A stretch of DNA of 64,000 nucleotides, taken from an uncultured delta proteobacterium (GTDB lineage Bacteria; Desulfobacterota; Binatia; UBA9968). A program made the translations under genes and the position numbers. The DNA is taken from NCBI GenBank assembly GCA_963745035.1, contig CAVUVW010000002.1, positions 128,001 through 192,000 on the forward strand, in the 5' to 3' direction. Shown piece by piece: positions 23,927-34,667 of the stretch; position 1 is the first letter of the stretch, and every line of letters starts with the position of its first letter. The notes under the pieces were generated by a model, which worked only from the letters and a program-made list of their open reading frames with translations, did no database searches and was not told where the DNA came from.

Positions 23927-25402
23927 ATGTCTGAGATTCGCTTTATCGATACCACTTTGCGCGATGGACAGCAGAGTCTCTGGGCGCTCGGTATGAAGAC
24001 CGACGCCATGCTCGGCGCCGCGGCGCAAATGGATCGCATCGGCTTCGAGTCGATGGAGTTTTTCGTCTCCATCATGATCAAAAAGTACGTTCGCGAGCAC
24101 AAGGAAAATCCTTGGATCTGGCTGCGCGAGGGCACCAAACGTTTTCGCCACACCCGGCTGCGCAATCACGGCGGGCTGCACGGCTCCGGCGCCTTTGAAA
24201 AGCTTCCGCATGCCGCGCTGACCCTCCTCGCCGAGCGCGTCGTCTCTTATGGAATAACCCTCACCCGCACCTCGAATTGCTGGAACGATTTCGATGAGAT
24301 GAGAGACGAAGTGCGCGAGCTAAGCGCGCTGGGCATGGAGACCGTCGTCAATCTGATCTACACGGTTTCGCCGCGCCATGACGATGGGTATTACGCCAGA
24401 AAGGCCAAGGAGGCGGCGGCGATCAAGCCTTATCGAATTTGTTTCAAAGACGTGGGCGGCCTGCTAACGCCCGAGCGCGCGCGGACCTTGCTGCCGTCGA
24501 TCTTGCAGAACGCCGGCGACGTTCCCGTGGAATATCACGCCCACTGCAACAACGGCCTCGCCACCTTGTGCTATATCGAGGCGGCAAAGCTCGGAATCAC
24601 GTCTTTCCACACCGCGGTGCCGCCGCTCGCCAACGGCTCTTCGCAGCCGTCGCTTCTCAACGTCGCGAGAAATCTCCGCGCACTTGGTTACAGCGCGGCT
24701 GTGAACGACGAAGAAGTAAAACCGGTGGAAGAACATTTTACCGCCGTCGCCAAAGCTCAAGGACTCGCCATCGGCAGACCTTTCGCCTACGACGAATCGC
24801 AATACCTCCATCAAGTTCCCGGCGGCGTCATTTCCAACTTGCGCCATCAGCTTCGCCTGATCGGGAAAGAAGACAAGTTGGCCGAGACTCTCGAAGAAGC
24901 CGCCCGCGTGCGCGCCGACTTCGGCTATCCGATCATGGTCACGCCGCTGTCTCAATTCGTCGTCAGCCAGGCGGCCATCAACGTCATCGTCGGCGAGCGC
25001 TACAAAGAAGTGACCGATCAGGTGATCCAGTACGCGCTCGGCATCTGGGGCAAGGAAGCGCCTGAGATCATGAATCCCGATGTAAAGGACAGAATCCTGG
25101 GCCGCAGCCGCGCCAAAGATTGGCAGGGCTGGCACGCCCCCGAGCTCACGTTGGATCAACTGCGGCAGAAATACGGCGCGACGATCGCGGACGAAGAGTT
25201 GCTGCTGCGGATCTACGCCGGCCCGGACGCGGTGGATGCGCTCCTCGCCAACGGAGTCTCCCGGCCCCACGCGAGCGGCAAACAATCTTTACTCGAATTG
25301 ATTGCGCAGCTCAGCCAGAGAGATTGCCACCACGTCTATATTCGTCGTAAAGATTTTTCGCTTACGCTGAAAAAGCCGACCTTTCCCGCACGTGTCCGGT
25401 AG
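23927..25402 (+). CDS. Carboxyltransferase of the pyruvate carboxylase B/oxaloacetate decarboxylase alpha family, without a biotinyl domain
   Basis: DTTLRDGQQS, KDVGGLL, HAH, HQVPGG, GYPIMVTPLSQ; no MKM biotin motif. Confidence 0.85.
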   Translation: MSEIRFIDTTLRDGQQSLWALGMKTDAMLGAAAQMDRIGFESMEFFVSIMIKKYVREHKENPWIWLREGTKRFRHTRLRNHGGLHGSGAFEKLPHAALTLLAERVVSYGITLTRTSNCWNDFDEMRDEVRELSALGMETVVNLIYTVSPRHDDGYYARKAKEAAAIKPYRICFKDVGGLLTPERARTLLPSILQNAGDVPVEYHAHCNNGLATLCYIEAAKLGITSFHTAVPPLANGSSQPSLLNVARNLRALGYSAAVNDEEVKPVEEHFTAVAKAQGLAIGRPFAYDESQYLHQVPGGVISNLRHQLRLIGKEDKLAETLEEAARVRADFGYPIMVTPLSQFVVSQAAINVIVGERYKEVTDQVIQYALGIWGKEAPEIMNPDVKDRILGRSRAKDWQGWHAPELTLDQLRQKYGATIADEELLLRIYAGPDAVDALLANGVSRPHASGKQSLLELIAQLSQRDCHHVYIRRKDFSLTLKKPTFPARVR

Positions 25403-25427
25403 GGGCGGGTTTGAAACCCGCCCCTAC
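25399..25427. repeat. GTAG-type REP palindrome
   Basis: GTAGGGGCGGGTTT-G-AAACCCGCCCCTAC perfect inverted repeat. Confidence 0.85.
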
Positions 25428-25466
25428 TCCGCGGTAGCGGAGCCCGCCGCCTCTAAGGAGATCCTT

Positions 25467-26906
25467 ATGAACTACAACGGCCTGCGCGATTGGTTGGCGA
25501 AAATCGACGAGCGTGGCGAGCTGCGTACGGTCGATAACGTCGATTGGAACCTCGAGATGGGCGCTATCGTCGACGTGCTCTATCGCGAGCACCCGCCTTA
25601 TCCGCCGGCGTTGATCTTCGACAACATCAAAGGACACAAATCAGGTTACCGCGCGCTTTTCGGCCACTTCGCCTCGCCCAAACGCATCGCGCTCACTTTG
25701 GGCATGAGCGAGGACTTCGACCATGTGTTGGAATTCACCCGCACCTATCACGACAAAATGAAAAGCTGCGCGCCGATTCCCATGACGGAAGTGACCAGCG
25801 GCCCGGTGCATGAAAATGCGCAGGAGGGCGAGCAGGTCAACTTATTCGACTTTCCCGCGCCGCTGCTCCACGAAAAAGACGGCGGCCGCTACATCGGCAC
25901 CGGCCATCTGGTGATCACCAAAGACCCCGATTCGAATTGGATCAACGTCGGCACCTACCGCATCATGCTGCAAGATCAAAACAGCGCGGGCATCTATATC
26001 GGACCCGGCAAGCACGGCTACATTCACAAGCAAAAATATTTCGAGAAGAACCGGCCGATGCCGGTCAATATCGTGCTCGGCAGCGATCCGCTCGATTGGT
26101 TCGCGGCGTCCTGCCCTGTGCCCGCGGGCACGAGCGAGTTTGATTTCGCCGGCGGCCTTCGAGGTGAGCCGACCCGAGTCATTCGCAGCGACATTACGGG
26201 CCTTCCCTACCCGGCCGATGCCGAGATTGTTTTAGAGGGCGAGATCCGGCCCGGCGAATTGCGCGAGGAAGGCCCATTCGGCGAGTGGCCCGGCTACTAC
26301 GCCAGCCCGAAGAGCCTCGAGCCCTTCATCCGAGTCAAACGCATTCTTCATCGCAGCGATCCGATCGTCTCGTGCGCCAATCCCGCGCGCCCGCCGCATA
26401 CTCTGACCTTGCTGCGCGCGATCACCCGCTCGGCGCACGTGTGGGAGGAGTTGGAAAAAGCCGGCGTGCCGGAGATCCGCGGCGTATGGTCGCACGAGCC
26501 CGGGCCGCGCCAATTCACCGTCGTTGCCATCAAGCAGCGCTATCCCGGGCATGTCAAACAAGCGGGCATGATCGCGTCGCAGTGCTTTTCCGGCGGCTAT
26601 CAGAATCGCTTCACCATCGTCGTCGATGACGACATCGATCCGACCCGCATCGACGACGTCGTTTGGGCGCTATCCACGCGCTGCGATCCCGAGACGGACA
26701 TCGACATTCAACGGCGCTGTTGGTCGAGTTCGCTCGATCCGATGATTCACCCGGACTCCAAAGCGCTGATGAATTCCCGCGCGGTGATCGACGCCTGCCG
26801 GCCGTATGAATGGATGAGCAGATTTCCCGAAGTCGCAGAAACAAGCCCGGAGCTTAGACGAACCGTTGTGGGAAAATACGGCCGGCCTTTTTTCGGTCTA
26901 AGATGA
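25467..26906 (+). CDS. UbiD-family prFMN-dependent decarboxylase
   Basis: DGGRYIGT, NVGTYR, EGPFGEWPGYY, VDDDIDP, WALSTRCDP; AAGGAG RBS. Confidence 0.93.
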   Translation: MNYNGLRDWLAKIDERGELRTVDNVDWNLEMGAIVDVLYREHPPYPPALIFDNIKGHKSGYRALFGHFASPKRIALTLGMSEDFDHVLEFTRTYHDKMKSCAPIPMTEVTSGPVHENAQEGEQVNLFDFPAPLLHEKDGGRYIGTGHLVITKDPDSNWINVGTYRIMLQDQNSAGIYIGPGKHGYIHKQKYFEKNRPMPVNIVLGSDPLDWFAASCPVPAGTSEFDFAGGLRGEPTRVIRSDITGLPYPADAEIVLEGEIRPGELREEGPFGEWPGYYASPKSLEPFIRVKRILHRSDPIVSCANPARPPHTLTLLRAITRSAHVWEELEKAGVPEIRGVWSHEPGPRQFTVVAIKQRYPGHVKQAGMIASQCFSGGYQNRFTIVVDDDIDPTRIDDVVWALSTRCDPETDIDIQRRCWSSSLDPMIHPDSKALMNSRAVIDACRPYEWMSRFPEVAETSPELRRTVVGKYGRPFFGLR

Positions 26907-27041
26907 TCCTGAGCTCTAGCGGTGCTGGCCTGTAGGAATTCTTCCCCTTCGCGGTTGAGCGCAGATTTTCTAAATCGCGCGATTTCCACTACTTGCGAAT
27001 GGCCTGACACTTGCTCGTTCTTCATAGCGGGAGAAGAAATT

Positions 27042-27317
27042 ATGAAATACCGCTATGCCACATTTACGCTGGTTTGCGCGCTCGGTGCCGTTCCCGCTGC
27101 CGCGTTCGAAGTGAAGGATGATCCCAATCGCGAGAAGCCGCAGTTGAAGATCGAGCTTGAGCCCACGCCGTCGCAAGTGCAGCGCGACTTCGATCAATAC
27201 GTGCAAGAACTCGCCAAGGAGGCGCACCGCGACGCGGTGTCGCCGCCGGAAAAGAAAGACAGGATCAAAGAGCTGCAAGCCAAGGCTATGAATCCGCTCG
27301 TTCTCTTTCGCTGGTAA
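27042..27317 (+). CDS. Small exported hypothetical protein
   Basis: Signal peptide ending AAA-F; ends NPLVLFRW. Confidence 0.6.
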   Translation: MKYRYATFTLVCALGAVPAAAFEVKDDPNREKPQLKIELEPTPSQVQRDFDQYVQELAKEAHRDAVSPPEKKDRIKELQAKAMNPLVLFRW

Positions 27318-27329
27318 ACGCCAGCGCAA

Positions 27330-28335
27330 CTAGCGCAGAAAAATCTTGCCGAATTCCTTCTTCTTTTCTTCGAACGCTTTCGCCTCCAGCACTTCCATCT
27401 GCACGTACTGAATCTTCTCCGCTCCGGGCAGCGGCGGATAGATTCCCCGGCGATTGGCGAATTCGCCGCTCTGGGCGAGGATCTTCATGCTCTCGTCGTC
27501 CAGATAATAATCGATGAAAGCTTTGCCTGCGCTCGGCCGCGGCGCTTTATTGCTCAGAACCGCGAAGTGGCTGTCGCCGAGCATTTTATCGATACGCACA
27601 TAGTCGAGCGGCGCGCCGCTACGCGCGGCGGTGTACGCATATTTCACGAACGTCAACCCGATGGGGATTTCGCCCGTGGCGACGCGCTCGGAGACGGGCA
27701 GCATCGACTCCACGAGAGTCGGCTTCATCGCCGCGAGATCGCGGATGAATTTTTCCGTCCTTTCCTTGGGCATGATTCGATGCAGGCTCGAAAGCCACTG
27801 GATGGTCGTCACGTGCAAGGTCGGATCGGCCATCACCAGCATGCCCTTGTACTTCGGATTGACCAGATCCTCGATCGACTTGGGCGCGTCTTCGGGTTTC
27901 ACAAGACCCTTGTGATAGAGAATCGCCGACGATACCGTAGCGGCTGATCGCTCCGAGGCGTGCATCGATCTGATCCTTGGGATATTTTGCCGCCGTCGGC
28001 GAATCGTACTTGGCGATCATGCCTTCGTTCGCCATGATCAGCAGCGGATCGGAGTTGTTGAGCACGACGTCGAAGAGCGGATTGCCGGCGCGATACTCGC
28101 CCATCGACCGATTCATCACGCTCATCGCCGAGGCGCGCCAATATTCGGCATTGAGGCCGGTCTTTTTGCGAAACGCCGCAATGACTGCGTCGACCACCGG
28201 CGTTTCCAGCGAGCCGTAGAGCACGACCTTGCCGCCTTCTTTCTTCGCCGCCTCGATCAGCTTGGCATCCTGCGCCATCGATGGACTGCCAAAAGCGAGA
28301 GCCGCGAGAATCGGCAATATGTAGATTGGATTCAT
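27330..28335 (-). CDS. ABC substrate-binding protein (Fe3+/AfuA-like); frameshift near 27925
   Basis: LIEAAKKEGGKVVLYGS N-terminus; PKSIEDLVNPKYKG and APRPSAGKAFIDY in the second frame. Confidence 0.82.
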
Positions 28336-28494
28336 TTTGCTCCTCCGTCCCCTGCATCACGCTACTAACATGGGAAGATTTTTCCGGTCAACACGAGACC
28401 CAAGACCCGAGACTCTGAAACCAACTCGATCGTTGACAGCCACAAAGCCCGCTTGTTATAGCCGTCTAAGACTCGAGGCGAAAGGAAATAGACA

Positions 28495-29562
28495 ATGCAG
28501 ATCATCGACGCCGACGGGCATGTGAACGATCGGCCGTGCATGGACGAAATTTCGAAATACATGCCGCCGGGAAATCGCACCCAGGTATTTCCGTCGTTCG
28601 ATCATATTCATTTTCATTATCTGGAAGGCGGCGACAAGCGCTCGCGCACCGGCGACGTCGGGCCGCAGGAATGGATCGACTTTCTCGATGAGACGGAGAT
28701 CGCTTGGACCGCGGTTTACCCGACTGCGGGCTTGGCGGTCGGCCGAATCATCGCCGAAGATTGGGCCATCGCCGCATGCCGCGCGTACAATAACTGGCTC
28801 TACGAGAAATTCACCAAGGTCACGCCCGCGCATCAAGGGAGTGGCGCTGATCCCGATCCAGGACACCGAAGCGGCGGTCGCCGAGTTGCGCCGCGCGGTG
28901 AAAGAGCTCGGCATGGTCGGCGCCATGCTGCCGTCCAACGGCGAAGGCATCAAAGGCCACTATCGGCGCGAAGATCTATTGGCCGATCTACGAAGAAGCG
29001 GAAAAGCTCAACGTGCCGCTCGCCGTCCACGTCGGCGCATTGCATCATCTCGGCATGGACACCATCGGCGTTTACTATCCGGTGCATGCGCTCGGCCATC
29101 CTTTCGGCATCATGGCGCAGGCCGCGGCGATGCTCTCCTACGGCGTGTTCGACCGCTTTCCCAAGCTGCGCGTCGGTTTTCTCGAAGGCGGCGCGACCTG
29201 GGTGCCGTTTTTCATGGACCGCCTCGACCGCTCCTATCCGCATCATTTGCAAGTCGACATCGACGGCGAATTTCTATCGAGCTCGCAGCCCGATGTGATG
29301 GCGAGCGAATATTTTCGCCGTCACGTAAAGGCGGGCAAGATCTTCGTCGGCTTCGACGGCGACGATCACGGATTGGGCTACGCGGTGAAGGAGGCAGGCA
29401 ACGACTCCTTCGTTTTCGCCACCGACTTCCCGCATGAAAGCTTCGACGCCAAGTCATGCCGCATCGAGATCCAGCACATACTGAGCCGCGAAGACCTGAC
29501 CCAAGCCGACAAAGAAGCGATCCTCGGCAAAAACGCCAAGAAAGTTTTACGGCATCAATTGA
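28495..29562 (+). CDS. Amidohydrolase-2 family protein; several frameshifts
   Basis: IIDADGHV, RAYNNWL, AVHVG, FPKLRVGFLEGG, FATDFPH, ILGKNA spread across three frames. Confidence 0.85.
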
Positions 29563-29593
29563 TCGGAACTTTGGCGGAGCAAAGCCTGACGTC

Positions 29594-29618
29594 TTGAACG
29601 ACTTGAACGTTTTGAACG
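29594..29618. repeat. 3 x TTGAACG direct repeat with 9-bp period
   Basis: Seen directly upstream of the RBS of the next gene. Confidence 0.6.
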
Positions 29619-29632
29619 AAAGGGAGAAGTGA

Positions 29633-30568
29633 ATGGCCGAGAACTCATCCAGTGCAGAGACTACGATCCAAGCACCGTTGAAGGTCAAAGGCCCGCTCGT
29701 CTGGCTCGATATGGATCAAAAAGAGCTCGACGACGCCTACGACCAAAGCGTCTACGCGCCCAACCAACAATTGGTAGCGGCACGCCGGCGCTTGGCCAGC
29801 GAAGCGCTGCTCAAACGCATAACTCCCGAGCGCGTCGCCTATGGTCCATCCGAGGACGAGCAGCTCGACATCTATCGAACCTACCGTGCAAACGCGCCGA
29901 TCAATGTCTACGTCCACGGCGGCGCGTGGCGCAACGGTCAATCCAAGGAATTCGCCTTTCCCGCGGAAGTGTTCATGAACGCCGGCGCAAATTTTGTCGT
30001 GCTCGATTTCGTGCAGGTGCAGAACGCCGGCGGCAATCTGATGCCGATGGCGCAGCAAGTCCGCAGCGCCGTTGCCTGGGTCTACAAGAATGCCGCGCGC
30101 ATCGGCGGCGACGCGGAGCGCATCTATATCACCGGCCATTCTTCCGGCGCTCATCTCTCCGGCTGCGCTCTCGTCACCGACTGGCAAAAAGATTTCGGCC
30201 TTCCCGCAAACTTGCTCAAAGGCGGTCTATTGATCAGCGGCATGTACGATCTTAAACCGGTCCGGCTTTCCAAGCGCAGCCAGTATGTGAAATTCACCGA
30301 CGAGATCGAGCAGGCGCTCAGCTCGCAGCGTCACTTGGATAAGCTCAACGCGCCGATCATCGTCGCCTACGGCACTCAGGAAACCCCCGAGTTTCAGCGC
30401 CAGAATCGCGAGTTCGCCGCGGCGGTGAAAGCCGCGGGCAAACCGGTGGAGCTGATCGTCGGCGAAGGCTTCAATCACTTCGAGATGCAGGAGACGCTCG
30501 GCAATCCCTACGGCATCGCCGGCCGCGCCGCGCTGAAGCTCATGAACCTGTCGATGAATTTGGGGTGA
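29633..30568 (+). CDS. Alpha/beta hydrolase, arylformamidase-like
   Basis: HGGAW, GHSSGAHL, ISGMYDL, ETPEF, NHF. Confidence 0.88.
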   Translation: MAENSSSAETTIQAPLKVKGPLVWLDMDQKELDDAYDQSVYAPNQQLVAARRRLASEALLKRITPERVAYGPSEDEQLDIYRTYRANAPINVYVHGGAWRNGQSKEFAFPAEVFMNAGANFVVLDFVQVQNAGGNLMPMAQQVRSAVAWVYKNAARIGGDAERIYITGHSSGAHLSGCALVTDWQKDFGLPANLLKGGLLISGMYDLKPVRLSKRSQYVKFTDEIEQALSSQRHLDKLNAPIIVAYGTQETPEFQRQNREFAAAVKAAGKPVELIVGEGFNHFEMQETLGNPYGIAGRAALKLMNLSMNLG

Positions 30569-30578
30569 GGAGGAAACG

Positions 30579-31118
30579 ATGGCTCGCATTCCACGCGCCA
30601 AACGCGAAGACCTTTCGGCCGAGCATCAAAAAATCTGGGACCACATCCACGCCGCCCGAAGCGGCGGCGGCGGTCCGTATTCGATGCTCATGCACTCGCC
30701 GGCCATGGCGCAGCACATCGCCGCCACCGAGGATTATTTCCGCACCAGCTCCCTGCTGCCGGACGCCGACCGCGAGATCATTATTCTAACCGCCGCGCGC
30801 GAAGTCGATGCGCGCTATGCCTGGGCGCGCCACGAGGTTCGCGCCAACAACGTCGGCGTACGCCCCGAGGTCATCGAGACGCTGCGCGCCAAAGCTCCCG
30901 TTGACAAATTCACCGGCAAAGAACGGTTGCTCGTCGAATTCACCCGCACACTGATGCGCGAGCATACGCTGCCGGATGAGTTGTTTGGGCAAATGGAGAG
31001 AGAATTCGGCCGCGCAAAATTCATCGAGGCCGTCGGCCTGCTCGGCCACTACATCACCATCGGCACGGTGATCCGCATGTTCGATGTCGATCCGCCAGAG
31101 GGCACCAAGACCTTCTAG
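30579..31118 (+). CDS. Carboxymuconolactone decarboxylase (CMD)-family protein without CxxC
   Basis: GPYSMLMHSP, REIIILTAARE, YAWARH. Confidence 0.8.
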   Translation: MARIPRAKREDLSAEHQKIWDHIHAARSGGGGPYSMLMHSPAMAQHIAATEDYFRTSSLLPDADREIIILTAAREVDARYAWARHEVRANNVGVRPEVIETLRAKAPVDKFTGKERLLVEFTRTLMREHTLPDELFGQMEREFGRAKFIEAVGLLGHYITIGTVIRMFDVDPPEGTKTF

Positions 31119-31136
31119 CCCTAGCGACGCTAGGAA

Positions 31137-31604
31137 CTATTCTTCCTCTTCTCCCAACATGGTGCCGCGGCAGCGCCGCGCCTTGCAGAAACAGGCGTGC
31201 TCGCGCTTCGCCTTCTTCGTGTGCTTCTCGCCGATCTGCAGATTGTAGTCGTACGTGAGCTCCTCGCCGGCGCGAATATTGCGCGCGGCCTCGATGAACA
31301 CGCGCCGCCCCTCTTCCTCGATCTCGCAGTTGGGCGCGCACGAGTGATTGATCCAGCGCGCCGAGTTGCCGCGCCGCGTGGCGTCGATCACCCAGCCGCC
31401 GTCCAGCGAAAACAGCATCGTGTGCGGCGAATTCTCGTGCATGCGGCTGTAGCGCCGGTCGGCCTCTTTATCGGTGATCAAGGTGCCCTTGTATTCGATG
31501 ATGCGCGTTCCTTTGGCGATCGGTTTCAGCGCAAACACGCCGCGGCCGTGGATCGACGACTGGCGCGCGGCGATGCGTCGGTGGTTCTTTCCTGTTTGCG
31601 GCAT
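31137..31604 (-). CDS. SET-domain protein-lysine methyltransferase with post-SET zinc motif
   Basis: SSIHGRGVFA, RWINHSCAPNC, GEELTYDY, CFCKARRC. Confidence 0.92.
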   Translation of the reverse strand: MPQTGKNHRRIAARQSSIHGRGVFALKPIAKGTRIIEYKGTLITDKEADRRYSRMHENSPHTMLFSLDGGWVIDATRRGNSARWINHSCAPNCEIEEEGRRVFIEAARNIRAGEELTYDYNLQIGEKHTKKAKREHACFCKARRCRGTMLGEEEE

Positions 31605-31623
31605 GACGACTCCGTTGAAAACT

Positions 31624-33075
31624 TTATTTTTCCGATGCGAGCCCGGCGCCCCGGTCCATGCTCCTGACCAAATCGAGCATGCGCTCGGCCGGGCGCGGGT
31701 CTTTGTAGCCGGCGAAAAGCCGCTGGCGCATCCGATCGACCTCACCGCTCTGCAGGCGCTCATAGAGCTGGCTGCGCTTGCCGAACGGGCTCATCACCAT
31801 GTCAGCAGCGACGGCCATCAAACGCAAGTGGTTTTTTGTATCCGGCGCGCCGCCGCGAAAATAGCGCTCGATGAACGGGCCGATTTCCTCGCTGGCGAGG
31901 TCGGAAGCGCCGCCGCTCAGCATCAAGGTGCTGGTCAACAACCCCTCCAAAGTTCGCTCGGCGCGGTCCGAAGCCTCGATGCTGTGCACCCGGTAGGCGG
32001 GACTCAAGAGCGGTTGCCAGGTGCCGCCGGGACTCAGCGAGCCTCTCAGCTCGCCGGCTTCAATGCACGAGCGGAGAATCTCGATGTCCTGCATCAAGGA
32101 AGAAAGCAGAAGCTGCGACGACGCGCTCGTTTGGCGTTTGGCGTAGCCGGTCAAAAGCTGGGCGACGCCGAGAAATCCCTCCAGCTTGGTAATCAGGCGG
32201 AGCATCGTCGAGTACTGGCCCCAGCCGTGGATGTAGTTGATGCCGGAAAGGAGCTTGGGGTCCTTGTAGACAAACACCCGCTCCCACGGCACCACCACGT
32301 CGTCGAAGATCAATGCGGCGTCGACTTCGTCGAAGCGCGTGGTCAGCGGATAACGCTCGGGGTCGGCGTGCGCGGCGTAAAGATCGCGGCACACGATCTT
32401 GAGTCCCGGCGCATTCATCGGAATCGCGAACGCAATCGCATAGTCCCGCTCATCGGGATCGCGCGGCCGGTTGGGATAGACGAGAACTTCATCGGAGATC
32501 GGCGCCAGGGTCGCCAGCGTGCGCAGCCCGCGCACCACCGGACCCGCCTTGGTTTCACCGACGATGTGCAGGATCAGATCGGGATCGTCCTGCTCGCTCA
32601 CCCGCTTGGTCCGATCGTAGTACTGGTCGGTGAGCGCGTGGGTCAGGCAGAGATCGTTGCGGCTCGCATGGCGATGATACGCGCGGGCGTTTTCGGCCCA
32701 TTGCTTGTTGGTCTTTTCGATCAGATAGGTCCAATCCAAAAGTCCGACCACGAGCTCCGCGACAAATTCCGGGTAGCGCCCCATCTGGCCGCAGGTCTGC
32801 TCGGCCCAGAACTCGATGTTGCGGCGCTTGAGAGCTAATTGTTCGCGGTTCTTGGGCGCCAGATAGCTGTAGGAAATCCGCTCGCCGGCGGCTTCGAAGG
32901 TCATGACGTCGCGGTACTCGGGCTGGTGTTGCTTGTCGTAGAGGTCGGCGAGGGTTTTGATGGTGCCAGTGAAACCGGCATGAGTGGTGACGTCGGCAAT
33001 ACGCCGGCCGGCGTGCCACACCTCGCGGCCGTCGCGCAGCGCCCTAACGTAGTCGGCGCCCGTTCTAACGCCCAT
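31624..33075 (-). CDS. 4-hydroxyphenylacetate 3-hydroxylase (HpaB-like) oxygenase component
   Basis: RTGADYVRALRDGREVW, MGRYP, ATLAP, RFDEVDA, VVPWERVF. Confidence 0.88.
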   Translation of the reverse strand: MGVRTGADYVRALRDGREVWHAGRRIADVTTHAGFTGTIKTLADLYDKQHQPEYRDVMTFEAAGERISYSYLAPKNREQLALKRRNIEFWAEQTCGQMGRYPEFVAELVVGLLDWTYLIEKTNKQWAENARAYHRHASRNDLCLTHALTDQYYDRTKRVSEQDDPDLILHIVGETKAGPVVRGLRTLATLAPISDEVLVYPNRPRDPDERDYAIAFAIPMNAPGLKIVCRDLYAAHADPERYPLTTRFDEVDAALIFDDVVVPWERVFVYKDPKLLSGINYIHGWGQYSTMLRLITKLEGFLGVAQLLTGYAKRQTSASSQLLLSSLMQDIEILRSCIEAGELRGSLSPGGTWQPLLSPAYRVHSIEASDRAERTLEGLLTSTLMLSGGASDLASEEIGPFIERYFRGGAPDTKNHLRLMAVAADMVMSPFGKRSQLYERLQSGEVDRMRQRLFAGYKDPRPAERMLDLVRSMDRGAGLASEK

Positions 33076-33231
33076 CGAACCCGGTCTTCCAAACCGCCGC
33101 TGGTGCGACTTTGAGCATGCAAGTTTATAGCGTCAATTGCGCGAATCAGGCAACCGATCGCCGACGGAAATCGTTTTGCGTTCGCCGGCTAACCTGAATC
33201 GTTTAAGCACCGCGAAACCATGAACATCGCG

Positions 33232-34584
33232 CTAGGCGCGAATGACGTCGCATAGCGGCCGCAGGCTGCTCAGTGTTTCCAACTTCTGGATATTTTCCAA
33301 CGCCTGCTGCGCGGCGGCGTGTGGAATCGCGTGCTTGGCGCAGTCGAAAAATTTCTCGTTGAGCTCGGCTTCGGTCATGGGGAATTCGGGGCTGCCTTTG
33401 GCATGCTGCGCTTCGCGCGTGTAAGTTTCGCCGTTCTTCAAACGCACCGTCACCCGGCAAGGACGCCCAGCCAGATCGGTTTTCTTGAGATTGTTATCGA
33501 GATTCATCTTCACCCGCTCGGCGAGCTTCAAGACGTTCGGCTCGCGCACGGCGCTCTCGGTGAACGTATCGATGCCGACTTTGCCGTCGATCAGCGCGCG
33601 CGCGACCAGGTACGGCATGCAAAATTTTCCCTGAATGCTGGTTTGCGGCACGCGGAAAGCGATGCGGTCGTACGTGTGCTTGACCACGTCCACATCCACC
33701 GATTCCACGATGTCCGGGGTCAAGCCGTGCTTGGCGCGGAATTCGAGGATCGAATCGATCACTTGATGAGTGAGCCCGCCGCACGGATACGGCTTGATGC
33801 GCAGCCCGTCGGCGAGAAGCGCGTACGATTTCCCCAGCTCTTCGATCGCTCCCTCGTGAATCGCCGTGCCGCCGTGAAGCACTTGATAGAAACCCACGCC
33901 GGCTTCGATCGCCTTCGCGTTCGCCGTAAAACCGCCCTGGGCAAGCTTGGCGGCGAGCACGCCGTTGCGCGCGCCGAGACCGACGTGGAGCGGCTTGGTC
34001 ATGGTACCGAAGTTGGCGACCACTCCGCCGGCCATCGAGGCGGTAATGCCGAGCGCCATTTCAATTTGCCGGGCGCTTAGACCGAGCAGCTTGGCGCAGC
34101 CCGCGGCCGCGCCGAACACACCCAAGCTACTCGGCGCATGCCAACCTTCGTGAGCGCTATCGCGCAAAGAATGAACCAGCTTGCCGGTCACTTCGTAGCC
34201 CGCGACGTAGGCTTCGATCACTTGCCGGCCGCTGCTGCCGAGCGCTTCGCCAAGCGCGAAAATGGCGGGAATGATCGGTGCGGTAGGTTGGCCCATGAGG
34301 GTAAAGCTGTGGTCGAAATCGAGCGCGTGCGCCGCCGTGCCGTTGGCGAACGCCGCCTGCAGCGCCGAACTCTTGAAGCCCCGGCCGATGACGCTCGTCT
34401 CCTCCTTGGCGTTTTCCTGGCGCGCAATCTCGGCGCAAATTTTTGCATCCTCTTCCTGGCTGCCGGCCAGCGCCACGCCCAGACAGTCGCGCACGGCCAT
34501 CTTGGTGGTCTGCACGGCGGCGGCAGGAATGTTCTCGTATTTCAATGCCGTGGTGAATTCGGCGATTTTCGCGGTGACGTCCAT
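33232..34584 (-). CDS. MmgE/PrpD-family protein
   Basis: NGTAAHALDFD, GTMTKPLHVG, KPYPC. Confidence 0.92.
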   Translation of the reverse strand: MDVTAKIAEFTTALKYENIPAAAVQTTKMAVRDCLGVALAGSQEEDAKICAEIARQENAKEETSVIGRGFKSSALQAAFANGTAAHALDFDHSFTLMGQPTAPIIPAIFALGEALGSSGRQVIEAYVAGYEVTGKLVHSLRDSAHEGWHAPSSLGVFGAAAGCAKLLGLSARQIEMALGITASMAGGVVANFGTMTKPLHVGLGARNGVLAAKLAQGGFTANAKAIEAGVGFYQVLHGGTAIHEGAIEELGKSYALLADGLRIKPYPCGGLTHQVIDSILEFRAKHGLTPDIVESVDVDVVKHTYDRIAFRVPQTSIQGKFCMPYLVARALIDGKVGIDTFTESAVREPNVLKLAERVKMNLDNNLKKTDLAGRPCRVTVRLKNGETYTREAQHAKGSPEFPMTEAELNEKFFDCAKHAIPHAAAQQALENIQKLETLSSLRPLCDVIRA

Positions 34585-34667
34585 AAGGCCTCCCAATGCG
34601 GTTGGTTAGTGATCGTCGAATTTTCCTTCTAGCAAAGCCGGGCGGGTCTGACCAGGCCAAAAATACA

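Noticed and set aside
30579-31118. Second CMD protein as another selenoprotein
   Set aside because: No CxxC/CxxU motif and no in-frame TGA
31474-32838. 454-aa antisense ORF over the HpaB-like gene, and similar long shadow ORFs elsewhere
   Set aside because: Expected in GC-rich coding DNA; no motifs or RBS support
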